From assembly GCF_018977255.1 (NCBI RefSeq), contig NW_024704743.1:78556001-78620000 (forward strand): a stretch of 64,000 nucleotides of DNA. The letters are read 5' to 3'. The DNA comes from Callorhinchus milii (lineage: Eukaryota). Made by a program: the position numbers and the translations under genes. Below are positions 24,501 through 39,500 of this stretch, piece after piece. Each line of letters begins with the position of its first letter. Position 1 is the first letter of the stretch. Below the pieces are notes generated by a model. The model was not told where the DNA came from. It saw only the letters and a program-made list of their open reading frames with translations, and did not search any database.

Positions 24501-27500
24501 GGGGAGGGGAGTCAAAAGCAAATGGATGCACAGGGGGACACAGCGAACAGTGTCAATACAATTGTCATTGGGGACACAATGGTGAAGGAGTAGACAGGTG
24601 TTTCTGCAACCAAGGACATGACTCTTGCATATTATGTTGCCTCCCTGGAGCCAGGGTTGAAGACATCATGGAATGGGTGCAAAATGTTCTACAGGGGGAA
24701 GGGAAACATCTAGAAGTCGTGGTCCATGTTGGAATCCATGACATGGAGGAAAGAAAGGGCTGAGATCCTACAGGGAGAGTATAGAAAACTAGGGAAAAAG
24801 CTAAAGAGCTTTTGATACTCACTTGCACGAGACACTGGGAGTAATCCAGAGATTGGATTACTCCCAGTGTCTCGTGCAAGTGAGTATCAAAACAGCAGAA
24901 TCAAACACATGAATGCATGGCTGGAGAAATGGTGCAGAAAGGAGGGCTTCAGGTTCCTGGATCATTGGGACCAGTTCTGGGGCAGGTGGAACCTCTACTT
25001 TGAGACGTCAAGAAGACGTGAAAAGAGCTATATCAAATGCAAGTATTATTATTATTACAAGGTGGATGGGTTACACCTAATCGGGGCTGGGAACAATGTC
25101 CTCACAGGGAGATTAACTAGTGGGAAGGTTTTAAACTGATTGTGAGGGGAAAGGGAATCAGCCATGTAGCAGTAGAGAGGATAAACACGTTACATAGAGA
25201 GCTGGTAGAGACAAATAGCAATGTAATCAGGAGTAGTTCAGAAAAGGGAGGGATTAGATGGGTGAGAAATGCAGAACAGACTAAGTCGGCATTGGAGTAC
25301 ACGTCTGTAAATGCACAGAGTGTGACAAATGAGATTGGTGAGCTGCAGGCTCAAGTTACCACTAGGGGTTATGATGTAGTGGTAATAATGGAGACCTGGC
25401 TCAAACAAGGGCAGGAATGGGAGCTGAATATTCCTGGCTACAATGTACTTAGGAGGGATAGGGAAGGAATAATAAAGGAGAGTTAGTAGCAATATTGATT
25501 AAAGACATGGTTACGGCCCTGGAAAGGGACAATGTGCTAGAAGGTCCAAAAACAGAATCTATTTGGTTAGAGTTAAGGAGCAGAAAAGGAGCTGTTCCTC
25601 TCTTAGGTGTATGTTATAGACCACCAAATAGTAGAAAGGAGATAGTTGAGCAAATCTGCAAGCAGATTTCAGAAAGATGCAAAGCCAATAGAGGAGTGAT
25701 ACGGGGGACTTCAATTATCCTAACATAGACTGGCAAAATAACCAGTGTAAAGGGCAAGGAGGGGGAAGGATTCCTGAAATGTGTGCAGGATAACTTTCTG
25801 GATCAGTATGTTTTCAGCCCAACGGAAGGAAGCAGTGCTGGATCTAGTTCTGGAGAATGAAGTGGGCCAAGTGCAGCAGGTTTCAGTAGGAGAGCATCTG
25901 GACAACAGTGACCACAACATCATTAGGTTTAGGGTACTTATGGAAAGGGACCAGGAGCAATCAAAGGTGAAGATACGCAATTGGAAGAGGGCTAATTTCA
26001 GTGAGTTAAAAAGGCATCTAGCCAAGGTAGACTGGAAAGAAAGATTGGTAGGTAAAACAGGTAACAAGGAATGGAAAGCCTTCAAGGAGAAGATAGTTCG
26101 GGGACAGAACAAATACATTCCCACAAAAGGGAAAGGTAGGGCATCAAACCTCCCTGGATGACTGAGGAAATTGGGATTAAAATAAAACAGAAAAAGGAGG
26201 TTTATGATAAATGTCAGGTCCAAAATACAGAAGTTAATCAAATAGAATATAGAAAGTACAGAGAACTGAAAAACAAAATAAAAGGGACAAAGAGATTGTA
26301 TGAGAAAAGATTAGTGGGTGACATAAATGGGAACCCTAATATATTTTGTAAGCATATAAAGAATAAAAGGTTACTCAAAGGTAGGGTGGGTCCAAAGAGG
26401 AAATCTTCTTGTGGAAGCAGAGGGCATGGCTGACATACTGAATGAGTACTTTGCATCCCAGGTTACTGAGGGAAGTAAGGATGCAAATAACGGATGCTCT
26501 GGCAACAATCTTGAAATCATCCTTGGACACCGGGGTGGTGCCAGAGGACTAGAGGGTTGCAAATGTACAAAAGGGGCAGAAGAATAAACTTGGGAACTAC
26601 AGGCCAGTCAGCCTAACGTCAGTAGTGGGGAAATTTCTGCAGACTATAATCCAGGCCAAAATAAATTTTCACTTAGAAAAATATTTTTTGATGAAGTAAC
26701 ATAGAGATGAAGGTAATGCAGTTGATGTAGTTTATATGGATTTTCAAAAAAATTTGATAAATTTGCCACATAAGAGAATTGAAAGTAAAATAGCAGCCCA
26801 TGGTGTTAAAGGGACAGTGGCAGCATGGATACAGAACTGGCTGGGAGACAGAAAGTCGTTTTTCTGACTGGATAGAGTTTTTGATCGATATAAATGATCT
26901 GGACTTGGTACAGGGAGTACAATTTCCAAGTTTGCAGATGATACTAAGCTGGAAAAGTAGTAAACAGTGAGGAGGATAGTAGCAGACTGCAAATGCACAT
27001 AGACAGACTGGTAAAATGGGCAGACACGTGGCAGATGAAATTTAATGCGGAGGAATGCAAAGTGATGCATTTTGGGAGGAAGAATGCGAGACAATATAAG
27101 CTGATGGTACAATCTTAAAGGGAGTGAAGGAACAGAGACCTGGGGGTTCATTTAAGTAAATCTTTGAAGGTGGCAGCACAGGTAGATAAAGCTGTTTTTT
27201 TTAAATAAAGTTTTGAGGCGATTCGATAGGGTGAACAAGGAGAAACTATTTCCACTGGCGGGTGGGTTGGTAACCCCAGGACACCGATTTAAAATAGTTG
27301 TTAAAAGAAACAGAGGGGAGGTGCGGAGAAATTTTTTTATATACACACAGCGAGTTGTTCGGATCTGGAATGCATTACCTGAAAGTGTTGGGAAGCCAAT
27401 TCAATAACAGCTTTTAAAAGAGAAGCAGATAAATATTTGGGGAGGACAAGTCTGCAGGGCCATGGGGAGAGAGTGGGGGAGTGGGATTGATTTGGATAGC

Positions 27501-30500
27501 TCTTTTCAACGAGCCGGCACAGACACGATGGGCCAAATGGCCTATTTCTGTGCTGTATAATTCTATGATCACACAATTTAACATAAATTAATTTTTCAGT
27601 GGCCCTTTAACAGCTCAGTACAGTTTCTACATACACTGGATTCAGAAAAATACTCAAAAATATGAAACTGTCATCCTAAGCAGACAAGACTACTGTTACT
27701 GTTAAAAAATGGTAGGTAGGGTCAATAAAATACCAACTTGAATTACAACAGGGCACGAATGTCAGCCAGCACTTTTGCATGCAGTCCATATGATAAATTT
27801 ATATAGAAGAGAGCATGAGAGAGAGGGGAAGAGAGAGAAACAAACAGAGAGAGAAAAGGGAAGAGAGAGAAATAAGCAGAGAGAGAGAGAAGTGAGGGCA
27901 GTGTTTGGTGGCTCACTGTCTGGATAGACGATCAGAGCCTCCCTTGGCTGTTGTGGGGTCCTCTACGTCCTTCATTTACCCCCCCCCCCCCCCACTCTCG
28001 ACCCAGCTGTTCCCTTTGCCAAGCAAACACCAGCTTATTTCATGTCCCTCCAGTCCATCTGCACCACCATCGCCATTTTGCACCTGCTCTCTGAAACTCC
28101 ATTCCTCTGACTCACTCCCTCTCTTTCCTCTTTCAATGCACATCAAGACCTAACTATTTGACCAAGCTTTCAGTCATCTTTTCTCCCATTCCCACTTCCC
28201 TCGGCTCCCACCACCAGCTCAGGTGCCCAGCTGGCAATGTTGTTCATTTTGAGACGACCTTCTGATGTTTACAAAAAAAGGCGTAAGGTAAATATTATGT
28301 TTCTGGAAGGGAAACACAAAAATATCGCTTATGGCGCCTGCAGACATTTTTCAAATAGGGCATCTGGCCCTTGGCAGACAAAAGGTTGGATCAGCTTGGT
28401 TGAGAGTTTTCAGTGACAAGAGAAAATGAAAGAGGATCTTAACTGTCCAATGCTTTGTTCTCATATTTCTCCACCTCTGTCCCATTGCCAACCTCCACTC
28501 ATTTCACACCAAATGCCACTAAAACCTTCATTCACACTTTTGTTACCTTCTGCCTAGACTTTTCAAATGCACTCCTCACCAATCTCCATAGTTCTACCAT
28601 CCATGAGCTCTGATTAATTCAACATTACCTCATCGCTGTTGATCTTTTTCCTATTACTTCCTCCTCTCCAAACTGCACTTCCACCTTTTGTAGAAATATG
28701 CTATGTTCATCATTTTGGATTTTCTGTAAAAATTCTTCCAATGTGGTCTAGAATATGAAATACAATGAAATATGCTATTCGTAATCAGAATATATTCAAT
28801 GTCCTTCCCTCAGGAAAAATAATTTGTTTTGCTAGGAGAATGTTAGACATGTTGTAGATAAAATGTTCTGTGGGTAGATGACAATTGTGCTTAACTTGGA
28901 ACGTGTTCTTATTCATCAAATGCCACATTGATTGACACAAGAAAAATCACAAAGAAGAATTTTGAAGATAGTTGTGATGCTACAAGCTCAAGTTTTTACC
29001 CATGTAATTCTTCCTTCCTTCTTTTACTATACACATAGTACATTCTCTGTGCCAGTTCTTTTCCCATGAGTAAGAATTATAATACAATTTAAATACTTGA
29101 ACTTAAATACTTAATCATAAGACTATAATGCCTCACTTTGCGAAAATAATGCCACCAAATTTTGGTTTGCAAGTTTTAGATAATGGTAAATTACCATTGG
29201 TTTCAGTCTTGAGACATCTCAGAGAGGGCCTTATTATGTATGTATAATATTTTAAATGTGATTGAGACAGCAAAGTAGTTGAGGCCTGGACACTGGTCTC
29301 GTTAACATTTATTAAAAAAAACATCTTGATGCTATGATTCAAAGATAGAAGGTTGGGCAATCTAATGGATGAGATCAAATAAAATGAAGGGCCTTCTTAA
29401 TTTGAACCAATCTTATGATTCTTCCCCAGTTTTTGTTCAACTTACACATTTAAATAATATTCCTTCATTTTACAGCCCTGCTTTAAGATAGATTTTCAGT
29501 TTTGTTTTTTGTTTGGAACAGTGAAACCTACGTGAAGCAGGCCAGTGTCCACCAAGCAGAGAGAGCAAGTGGATTGGCAGGGTTTGAGGAGATCGCAGAT
29601 GTGGGGTGCGGCTTTGTATGTGAATTTTGAACTTCAATAAAATAATGTGGAAAACTCCATATCAATTTCCTGTCCATTGTTGTGGCCTTTTTTAAATGTA
29701 GAGACTAGCTTTGTGGACCCAAGCCACCATTTTATAATGGAGACTCCTGCTGGAATGTTTTGTTGGTACATTGTAGTGTATTTCATCCAGTAACCTGTTA
29801 TGCAGTGTTTTAATATCTGCAATAGTCAGTCCCAATTAATGCTGGGTCCTCCTGATGTGAAAGACGCGATACAAATGTAATTTGTTTTGTTGTTATTGGG
29901 TTCCACATTGTACTCACTTTTATTTCAAATATAGCATTCTTTATATCATCTTGCTGTTCCAGTATCCCAGTATCAGTGTTAAAAGGTTCTACAAACGGGC
30001 CAGGCATTTGATGAATACTTTGCAACGTTTCAGCCTTTCCAGCAAAAAATGGTAGTTTCTTTAGCTGAAGCAGGACAATTGCCCTTTGCATATATAAAGT
30101 CTCTGTTAAGTCACCTGCAGAGCTGGAAAAAAACATTACGTATTACAATAATTTATGGCAGGTTAGCATCTTATTATCTATGGATGCACACTCCATCTCA
30201 CTGAGCCAGTCTGGAACCTTGGCGTCTTATTTGACTCTCAACGTGGAGTCCTGTAGCTCAGTAGTTAGAGCACTCGCTTTGCAAGCGAGAGACCCGAGTT
30301 CAATTCCAGGCAGGGCGAAACCTTGGGCAAGTTTCCTTACTCCACACGCCTAATAATAATCCCTCCAAAACCAAAAACAATAATAAATTGGTCATTTTCA
30401 ATCTACGACTGTTTGTGGGACATTGCTGTGCGCAATTGGCTGCCGCATTCGCCCACAAATATACAGTCAATTCACTTTACAGTGTGTTCTGTGAAGCGCT

Positions 30501-33500
30501 TTGGGACGTCCTCCCAACGTGAAAAGCGCTATATCAAATGCAAGGATTATTATTATAACTGTCTTTTCTATTCCATGTCTGTGTCATGACCTATTCAGCC
30601 TTCCCCAACCTCCGCAACATCGCCTGGCTCTGCCACTGCCTCAACCCTCAGGCTACCAAAACCCTCATCTACGCATTCATCACATCTAGGCTCAACTAGA
30701 TAGTCACCTCTTCAAATAACTTCATTGGATTCATGGTTCCAAATCCATCAATGATCAATCCAAATCCATCAGAGGAGGGGGTAATCCTGAGGCCTCAAGG
30801 ACAAATCTTATGCTCCCAGATGATTTTTACCCAATAGTATGACAATTTATACGTGTATAGAAAGGCAGAACAAATTATTATTCCACCTTAGTAACCGTAT
30901 ATTAGATAAGGAGTTGAACAGTTAATTTAACTTACCCTGAAAATGCATCATTCAACATGGCTATAAGGAGATTTATAGCAACAATTGATTCTAGTCCAAC
31001 GAATGTTCCTACAAGTATATACGTCATCAATGGATTCATCCCATAGAAACTATCAACTTTGTAGTCACGGAAAACCCACATACGAAACATAGTGATTAGA
31101 GTATCTGATACGGTCTTCATTTCAGGTACATTGTCTGTTCCTTCAAAGTAATACAATTTTTCTAATATTAGGATTCTTAATGACACAAAAGTATAAGAAA
31201 AAGGTAACAGATCGTTATAAACTTTCAACAGTGAACATACATTTGGATCGGTTTAGTGATACATTTGATACTTATCACATTGAATGTGATAAATATCAAG
31301 CAGCCAAGGAGCCATACTCCTTGGCTCCCGTCAACACCTTCACTCCTGTGGATCTAAACTCCTCAACCTCCCTGGGCTCTCCCTCAGACTCACCGAATCT
31401 GTGAGCAACCAAGGCATCCAGTTTGAACCCCAGCTGTTCATCCTCCCCCAATATCCGGTCCCTGACCAGGACTGCCTTCTCCCACCTCCACCACATTGCC
31501 TGCCTCCAAACCGTACCTTACCCCAAATGCAGCCGAAACCCTTGTGCATGCGTTTGTCACCTCCCACTTGGATTACTCCAACACACTTCTCGCCAGTCTC
31601 CCCACTCACAAGATCCACCTTCTTTCAAAACTCTGCCGCCCGCATACTGACCCGGACCAAACTCCGTACCCACATCTCACCAGTTCTGGCCAGGCTCCAC
31701 TGGCTCCCCATGACTGAATGGATCGAATTCAAAATCCTCACACTCATGTTCAAATCCATTCACTCTCTGGCATCTCCCTACCTCTCCGGCCTCCTCACTC
31801 CCCAATCCACCATCCGGTGCCTCCACTCCACTGGCACCGGCCTCCTGTTCATTCCTCGGACCCTCCACCCCACTATCGAAGGTCGCGCTTTCAGCTACTA
31901 TACCCCAAAACTCTGGAATATTCTTCCTCAATCCCTCCGCCTTGCCCCCCACCCCCTCTTTCAAGTCTCACCTGAAAACTTTCCTCTTCAACCGTGCTTA
32001 CAGCCATCTCCCCACTCTCCCAGGCTCAGAGTCAGGCTCCACTACTGTTAAGCGCTCTGCGTGGAGGGCACTATATAACTCCAAGTTGTTGTTGTTCTTG
32101 TTGAATGTTCCCTGGATGTATTTAGAGGTACACTTTCCCTGTACTGTTTGTAATGGTAATCTACATAAAGACTGGACCTTCACGGCTGCTCTTTAATGTG
32201 ACACTGGCTACTTTGAGTTATTTTATTTAGAAAAAAGGCCAGTATCCCACCAACTGGCAGTAATCCACAAGTCCAGCTTCACAGCAGTTACAACTGAGAA
32301 CAATGTGGTGTGGGAGGCCAAAATAATCCACCACCACGACATCCATGAAACATTTGGCATTTTGATTGCCTTGTTAGTGTTCCAATTTAATTTGTCCTTG
32401 CCAAATTCACAAAGGCAAATGGAAAACAATGCATAATCCCCAGGGTTTCAGATTATACACGTTGTGTTCTTCAGGAACTCATCATCTAATCCTAACATTA
32501 GAGTCTGCAATGCAACATTATGTAATATAACAACTCCTTTAGACAGATAATATTAAATATTTCAGAAAGTTAGCTATATGTTGTACCTCCAAAGATCAGA
32601 TAGAAGGAAAATCCAAATGGTATAAAGAATTGAATACAGATGAATATGAATTTAAAGAAGATTGGGATAACATTGCCAATTAGGACTATAAATGGTCCAA
32701 TAGTCCTGTAGGGAGAAAGAATGAAATCTTTGTGAAATTATTCAATAGGTTTTGAATTACTGAGATTATAAATTAGACAATAAAGAACATTTGTTGTAGG
32801 GCATCTGTAGCTCAGATCGATTAAACCAGCAAATAACAATATTTGATCCTAAATTTTGTTGTAAAATACATTCTGTGTACATAATCAGGCAAGAACCATT
32901 AAGCCAAGAGCAATTTTTGTTATCACAATTGTTTTAGACTACTCTTCCTTTGCCCTGCTGCTGAATGTTTAAGACTACCAGCTGTATTTCTCAATACATC
33001 TAAAAGCTATTCAATTTGGGAGCTACATTCATGTCCAACTCTGGTGTTCCAATTTTATACACAATGAAATAGATGTACATTCAAATAAATAGATGCTATA
33101 TCACATGTAAGGATTATTATTATAATTCTGTAGTAATACTACTCACCTGAAAGGCCTGAAATTTTTGATGTTCCAAAACCAAAGAACAGGAAGTGTAATT
33201 GCTACAACCTGGAGATGAAGTCGCGAGAACACCCTATTGCTCCCTGCTATTATATCTGCAAAGTGTGCAGCTGTGACCACCAGGAGCAGAATAATAATCA
33301 GGCAGGCATAGATGAACCTAAAAAATATTAAAACTGAAATATAATCGCTTTACTATTCAAATGGGTTAATAAAGTCTAAGGACATTGATCCATTTATATA
33401 AAAGACAGATAGTTTAACCAATAATTTCTTAATTTGGCAATAACTATAGGGATTGAAGACATTTTACTCACCAATAATCTGTGTAATACTGTGGTTTCAT

Positions 33501-36500
33501 ATTTTTCAAATCACTCAGTTCCTTTTCCACAAAAGCTGCCTCCTAGTATAAGAATATGTTATTATGTAAATAGATATTTATTTTGTGGATTTGATGTTAC
33601 ATATGCGGAACAGTCATAAAATCAAATATAAAGCTAAATATAGAGATCACAATGCTGAATTCTGAGTATTCACAAAATGTTTTATAAATTAATTACAATG
33701 CAATGATTATTAAACAAATGTATTCCATTCCCTATGTCTCCACTTGAAAGAGTCCCTCTTGTGCTAACCTTTCATCCTTCCAGATCATCTTCAGTCATTT
33801 TCAGGAGGAATGTAATGTTACAAACCAAACATTTTCCAACCTTTTGAATCCAGTCCAACTGTTAAATCATACCGTGATGAAATACAGCATGGATTAAATT
33901 TAGGGTGAAAGTAATCCTGCACCACCCTAACAAACCCTGCTACTTCTCCCTGACTCCACATGCACTGATTTTAGCCACGAGTCTCTAATGCAGCACTTCA
34001 TCAAAAGCCTTCCCGGAAGTCCATATACACCACATCCACTGCATTTCTTTTATCTACTTAATCTGGCTCTTCTACAAAAAAAATGATAAAACTAAGCAAT
34101 TTTGATCTTCCATTCATAAATCCATGTTGGCTGCTTTTAATTATACTTTCCTTTTCGAGATGCTTAGCTATTTTATCCTTTATTATACACTCCAAAATAC
34201 CTTTCCCACCACAAACGTTAAGCTAAAAAGCCAGTAGTTTCCTGAATTGGCTCAATCTTCTTTCTTAAAAATGGGAATTACATTTGCCACATTCTACTTC
34301 CCTGGCACAATTTGTTCCTATTTTATATATTTATGCATATAAATAGTCTGAGCTATTTCCCTAGTTTCTTTAATAATAATCCTTGAATTTGATATAGCTC
34401 CTTATCACGTCTTCAAGACGCCTTAAAGCACTTTACAGAATATACTGTAAAGTGAATTGACTGTATATTTTGTGGGTGAAACGTGGCCGCCAATTGCGCA
34501 CAGCAGTGTCGCACAAACAGTCATGGATTGAGTGATCAAAGTATTATTATTTTTGGGAGGGAGTATTACTCTCAGAAAAGTGATCCGTCAATTGACTATC
34601 AACCGGGTTCCTACTTACTGCTAGGTAAACAGACGTGTGGAGTAAGGAAACTTGGCTAAGTTTTCGCCCTGCCTAGGAATTGAACCCAGGTCCTTTCGCT
34701 TGTGAGGCGAGTGCTCTAACCACTAAATTACAGGACTCCTTGGGGGCGGTCCACCTGGACCTGGTGCTTTGTTCTCTTTATTCTTCACACATACTAAACT
34801 CTGCATCATTCCAGTTCTTGCCAGGCTCTACTGGCTCCGATTTCAAGATCTTCACACTCACATCCAAATCACTTCATGCCCTGGCATCTCTCTACCTCTC
34901 CGACCCTCTTACACCTCACTCCTCTACCTCCCCCCTTCTCTCAGCGAGCTCCAGTCTTCTGCATGTGCCTTGATCCCTCCGCTCCATTGGGGCTGTGCTT
35001 TCAGTCACTATGTCTTGAATTCCATCTTGCTATCCTAATCGTCATTTTAACCTCTTTCCTCAATCCCCTGCATAAACTGCCATTTTCTTTTTTATTTTAC
35101 AACAACCACAACAACAACAGAATTACATTTGTATGGCGCCTTTCACGTTGGGAGCACCTCCCAAGGCGCTGGACAGACAGAGTTATGGACCCAAACTGGG
35201 GGTCGGAGTAGGGGAGAGTGGAGGGCGGGGGGAGAAGCAGGGAAATCGAAAGCACGGTTGAAGAGGAGGGTCTTGAGATAGGTCTCGAAGGTGGCAAGGG
35301 AGGGGGCGAGGCAGAGGGACTACGGGGTAGAGTTCCAGAGGGTGGGGCAGAGTGGCGGAAGGCCCGCCTGTCAATAGTGGGGCGCGCGAGGCAGGGGACA
35401 TGAAGCAGGCCGGAGCCCACTGAGCGGAGGGAGCGAGCAGGATGGTAGAGGGTTGGGAGGTCTCAGAGGTACGGGGGAGCAAGACCGTAATATTTTAATA
35501 TCAGTTTTGTCATTTTCATACTTGTTTTCCTTTAGATTCAATTTGATCTTCAACTTTTACATCCATGGCATCTTATAAAATAAATTAATTTATTTCTAAT
35601 ACAATGAATTTCTCACATTTCTTTTCCATAACAGAATTTGAGTTTGCACCTTTGATTTTTCATACAGGAAATTCTTAGTTTGGATCACGCATTTGAAGGA
35701 AACAAGAAGGGAACAAAATTTAAATACCCATATTGCACTCACCCATGCTTTAGCATTGACAATGCGCTTAAGTAGAATTCTGGTGTTACACCTTTCAACT
35801 GTGTATTCGTACAAAATCTGTAACACTTTGAAAAAGATGCCTGTTGTGTTTTGGAGTGTGCTGCAGAGTTGAGCAGTAATACAATGCAGGATCTTATTGG
35901 TGCCATCTCACACAGTAAATTCCCATTCTTATCCATCCCATCAGATCGTTGTCACACACAGGAAAGAAGGACAAGTTGGAAGGCAGTCACAAAATAATAA
36001 ATCAATGCCTTAAATGGGTGTGGAACTGCCCCATTTTCCAAACTTGAATTATTATAGATCCAACAGAAACAATTCTTACCATAGGCCAAGAAGGATGACA
36101 GTATGTTTTATCCTTAAGAATTTTCTTTTTTTCATTCTTCTTCCATACCTTATGTTTTGTTTTTACATTAATGAGATTTACAAATTCAGCTTCAACAAAT
36201 AGAAGGAGTTGAACAATGCAAAGAACGATGAGTAGAACTCTCCACCAGTCCTAAATATCAAGACAAACAATTGCTACATTTATACTCACATAAAGGGTCC
36301 AATCAACTACATCCCAATCATTTTTTGCGAATCAATTTTCTAAGAAAGATATCTATACGCATTCAGTTAAGGCCAGAGTGAAGCTCTGATAACTTGTCAC
36401 CCCAAGGGAAATAGATCAAATGACTACTTTTCAGAGTTGACTAACTATCCAAAGTACAGTATCTCAAAAGTATTTGAATAGCCAGGACATTGAGTAAGTG

Positions 36501-39500
36501 ACTAGTTACATGAGGTTGACGACCTATCCCAGGGTCGAATTATCAGAGTTTAACTGTAGTATCATGATCTAAGGTGGGAGGCATAAATTGGGTACTTGTA
36601 TGCATGTCATACACTGCATGAGACTTGCTACATTAAAGAATTATTTTCACTGATTTTCTACTGGCAGATATTTTATTTCCACAAAGGCATAGCTGCAGCC
36701 AGCCATGCAACCAGAAAAGTGGGACCAGAAAGTTTGGATTAGGATTTGGGGAACAAGTAGTATCTCTCTATTCTACGAGGTCATGATAATATCTAAGGTG
36801 GAGTCTGGTTCCTGTGCATATAATTGAAAGGAATAGTGAGAGGGAAGGCCAGCTTGGGAGAAAGGAGCAGTAAAGAGAGGGAGGATTATCAGCTGATCTA
36901 AAGGAAAATGGACAGAGAATAATGGAAAAAAACACCAAAGTAGGTATGGATGAACAGTAACCTCATACTCAACGAATTTATCAAGATTATTGAATTTTAA
37001 AATTGTTATTATTATTAAGTAAAGTCAATATATTAAATAATTGCCCAAAAGATCAACTTTTTAATTTCCACGCAAGAATTTAATTATCTAAGGCAGTTAG
37101 TATTTATCGAGGCAAGATTACAAATTTGTAATGTTTGGAATAAATAGCTGGTGATGTGTTTCTATTCGATGATGCAACCGGTGTCAAAACATTAAAGTGG
37201 AATCATCTGTCATGATTTTTTTCCTGAGGAGAACAATACTATAAGAATTATAGTACTATATCCACAGAATGCCAAAAATGAAGATTGCTTCACATATTTA
37301 TATGATCCTATTTTTCCAATTCAGATGTGACAATATTTCATCACATTTTCTAAATAGATTTGTAGCCTTCACCATACGACCAGTTCATTTTTCTGGAATG
37401 TTCAATCAGATTTGCCACTTTTAAATATTAGTTTCATTCTAATTACGTTGGTAAAGCACTCACCAACTGTGACTTATAGCACTGGTGGAGTAATCATTTA
37501 ACGGTTCCAATATACAGAGCGATGTGAAGCCATTGAACCCCCTTACATTCCCAATTAATTGACTCAATTGATGGTTTGTTCAATGATATTACCATGTTAA
37601 GCATATAATACTCTTTGAGAATCCAAGCAAACTGGTGATTTCGTAATAATCAAATGCATTTGATATTTGATATAGCACCTTATAGTCTTCGAGATGTCTC
37701 AGTGGGCTTAACAATAATATTAATCCTTGCATTTGATATCACACTTTATCATGTCTTCGCAACGTCTCAGAGTTTCACAAAATATACTGTAAAGTAGATA
37801 GACAGTGCATGTTGTTTAGTGGGCGAAACGCTGCAGTCAATTGTGCACAGTAGTGTCCCACAAACTGTCGGGGATTGGTTGACCAAATTACTATTTTTAA
37901 AAAAATATTTTTTGAAAGGATTATTACTAAACAGTATCAACTTTAAATAGACCCATAAGACAAGAATTAAAGTTTAAGCATTTTCTACCTGAAGAGCTGA
38001 ATGTGTAAAAAAAACTTGAGTCAAACTCTCTTGAGCAGCACTCAAAAATTGGGTAAAACCCAACATTGACTAACGAGAGTAAAAGTTTCTTGTGAAAACA
38101 GTCAACTCAAAATCCAATGTGAAAACCATCAAGGAGAGACTTATCCACAGGCTAATACATGATATAATGCAGTGCTTGCGTGCTGAGCAGGAGACCCGTT
38201 AAAACGATCTCTTCCCCAGGACTGAATGCAAATAAGTCGTCTGCACTTGTATTTTACCTGAGGGAAGTTGTAAATATATTTCTTGTCCCAATCTATTATT
38301 GTCATAAAGATAGTCCAAGGGATGATGAAGAAAACTTTGAGCAGCAATAGTATACATGCTCCAAAGCTGAAAATGAATTGAAAAGTACAAGTAAAATATT
38401 GAAGTTTCTCTGTGCCATATGTCATCAATTTACAATTGTCTGGTATATTCCAATCAAATGACCTCAGTAGCCTCTTTCCCAGTGACAATAAATCTCAGCT
38501 GCATCCAGCTTCGCTCCTCTGACCTTACTGTCTGATTACTTAGGTGTAAACGATTAAGCACAGACTAATGCAGTCTGACAATAAACCACCAGGAAATTGT
38601 TCTTCAGTCTCAACAGAATAAGGATGGAAATATATCAGCAATCACATCAGCTCCTTTTCCAATTTAAAATAAGCTTTTAATTCTAAATGCTATATGAGCC
38701 TTGTAAATTTAGATTTGTAAATATGTACATTCACAGACTTTAAAAGTATTAAGTAAAAGCTTTAAACAAACACTCAATTTGACTCCATTCCAACGTTGCC
38801 AAACACATTGCACTTTGCAGCCCGAAGTCTGAGTGTGCAAAAAACAGACCCCCCCCCACCCCACCCCCTGCTGACTTACACAAATGGTTCACTCCTATTC
38901 AAGCACTGAAAAAAAAGGATTTTGGATATCGGGGAAGCCACAGTAACATTGTCTTTAAATCCTGGAGCCAGCATTTAAGCATTGTTCCCATATAACAAAA
39001 TTGTAGGTCTCCAGATTTTAGGTTAAGAGGCAATCCCTCCCCATTTACAAACTTCAAAGATATGAAAATGAAACCATTTATGAGGATATAAAGGTTACAA
39101 TATCCTAAATTTACTTAACATATAATCTATGTATATATAATGAAAGAAACAAGATCAACACAAAGAAATACTGTATATACTTACAATCCATATTTGTTCC
39201 ACTTGACATCTATCAACCGTTGAACTACAGGATGTTGTAACATGCTAAACATTCGGTAATATACTATCAGCTCAAGCTATTGAAACAATAAATTTAATTA
39301 TTCTATAATTTTCACAAGAATTCGTGGAAACAAAAATACAAAGATATGAAAAAATTGTGGTAACAGATTTTGTAGCTACATAGATTTAACAATTGTTGGT
39401 GCACCTTTTGATGCATTACTCATCATTGAAAGCTGTTAACTTCACTAATTGACCCCAACATGGAGCTGAAAACAATATAGATATTAGGACATCACAGAGA

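Noticed and set aside
30245..30320. tRNA-like sequence with A and B boxes (also at 49170-49244 and 61152-61225)
   Set aside because: SINE heads fused to SINE body and tail; not standalone tRNA genes.
35519..35568. 50-nt AG...GT segment on - strand
   Set aside because: In-frame stop in the required phase 0.
35743..35825. Exon-like segment on - strand with GTGAGT donor between TRP exons 12 and 13
   Set aside because: Weak acceptors and no TRP-like peptide; exon 33472-33542 already provides the correct phase and the Y..D.W motif.
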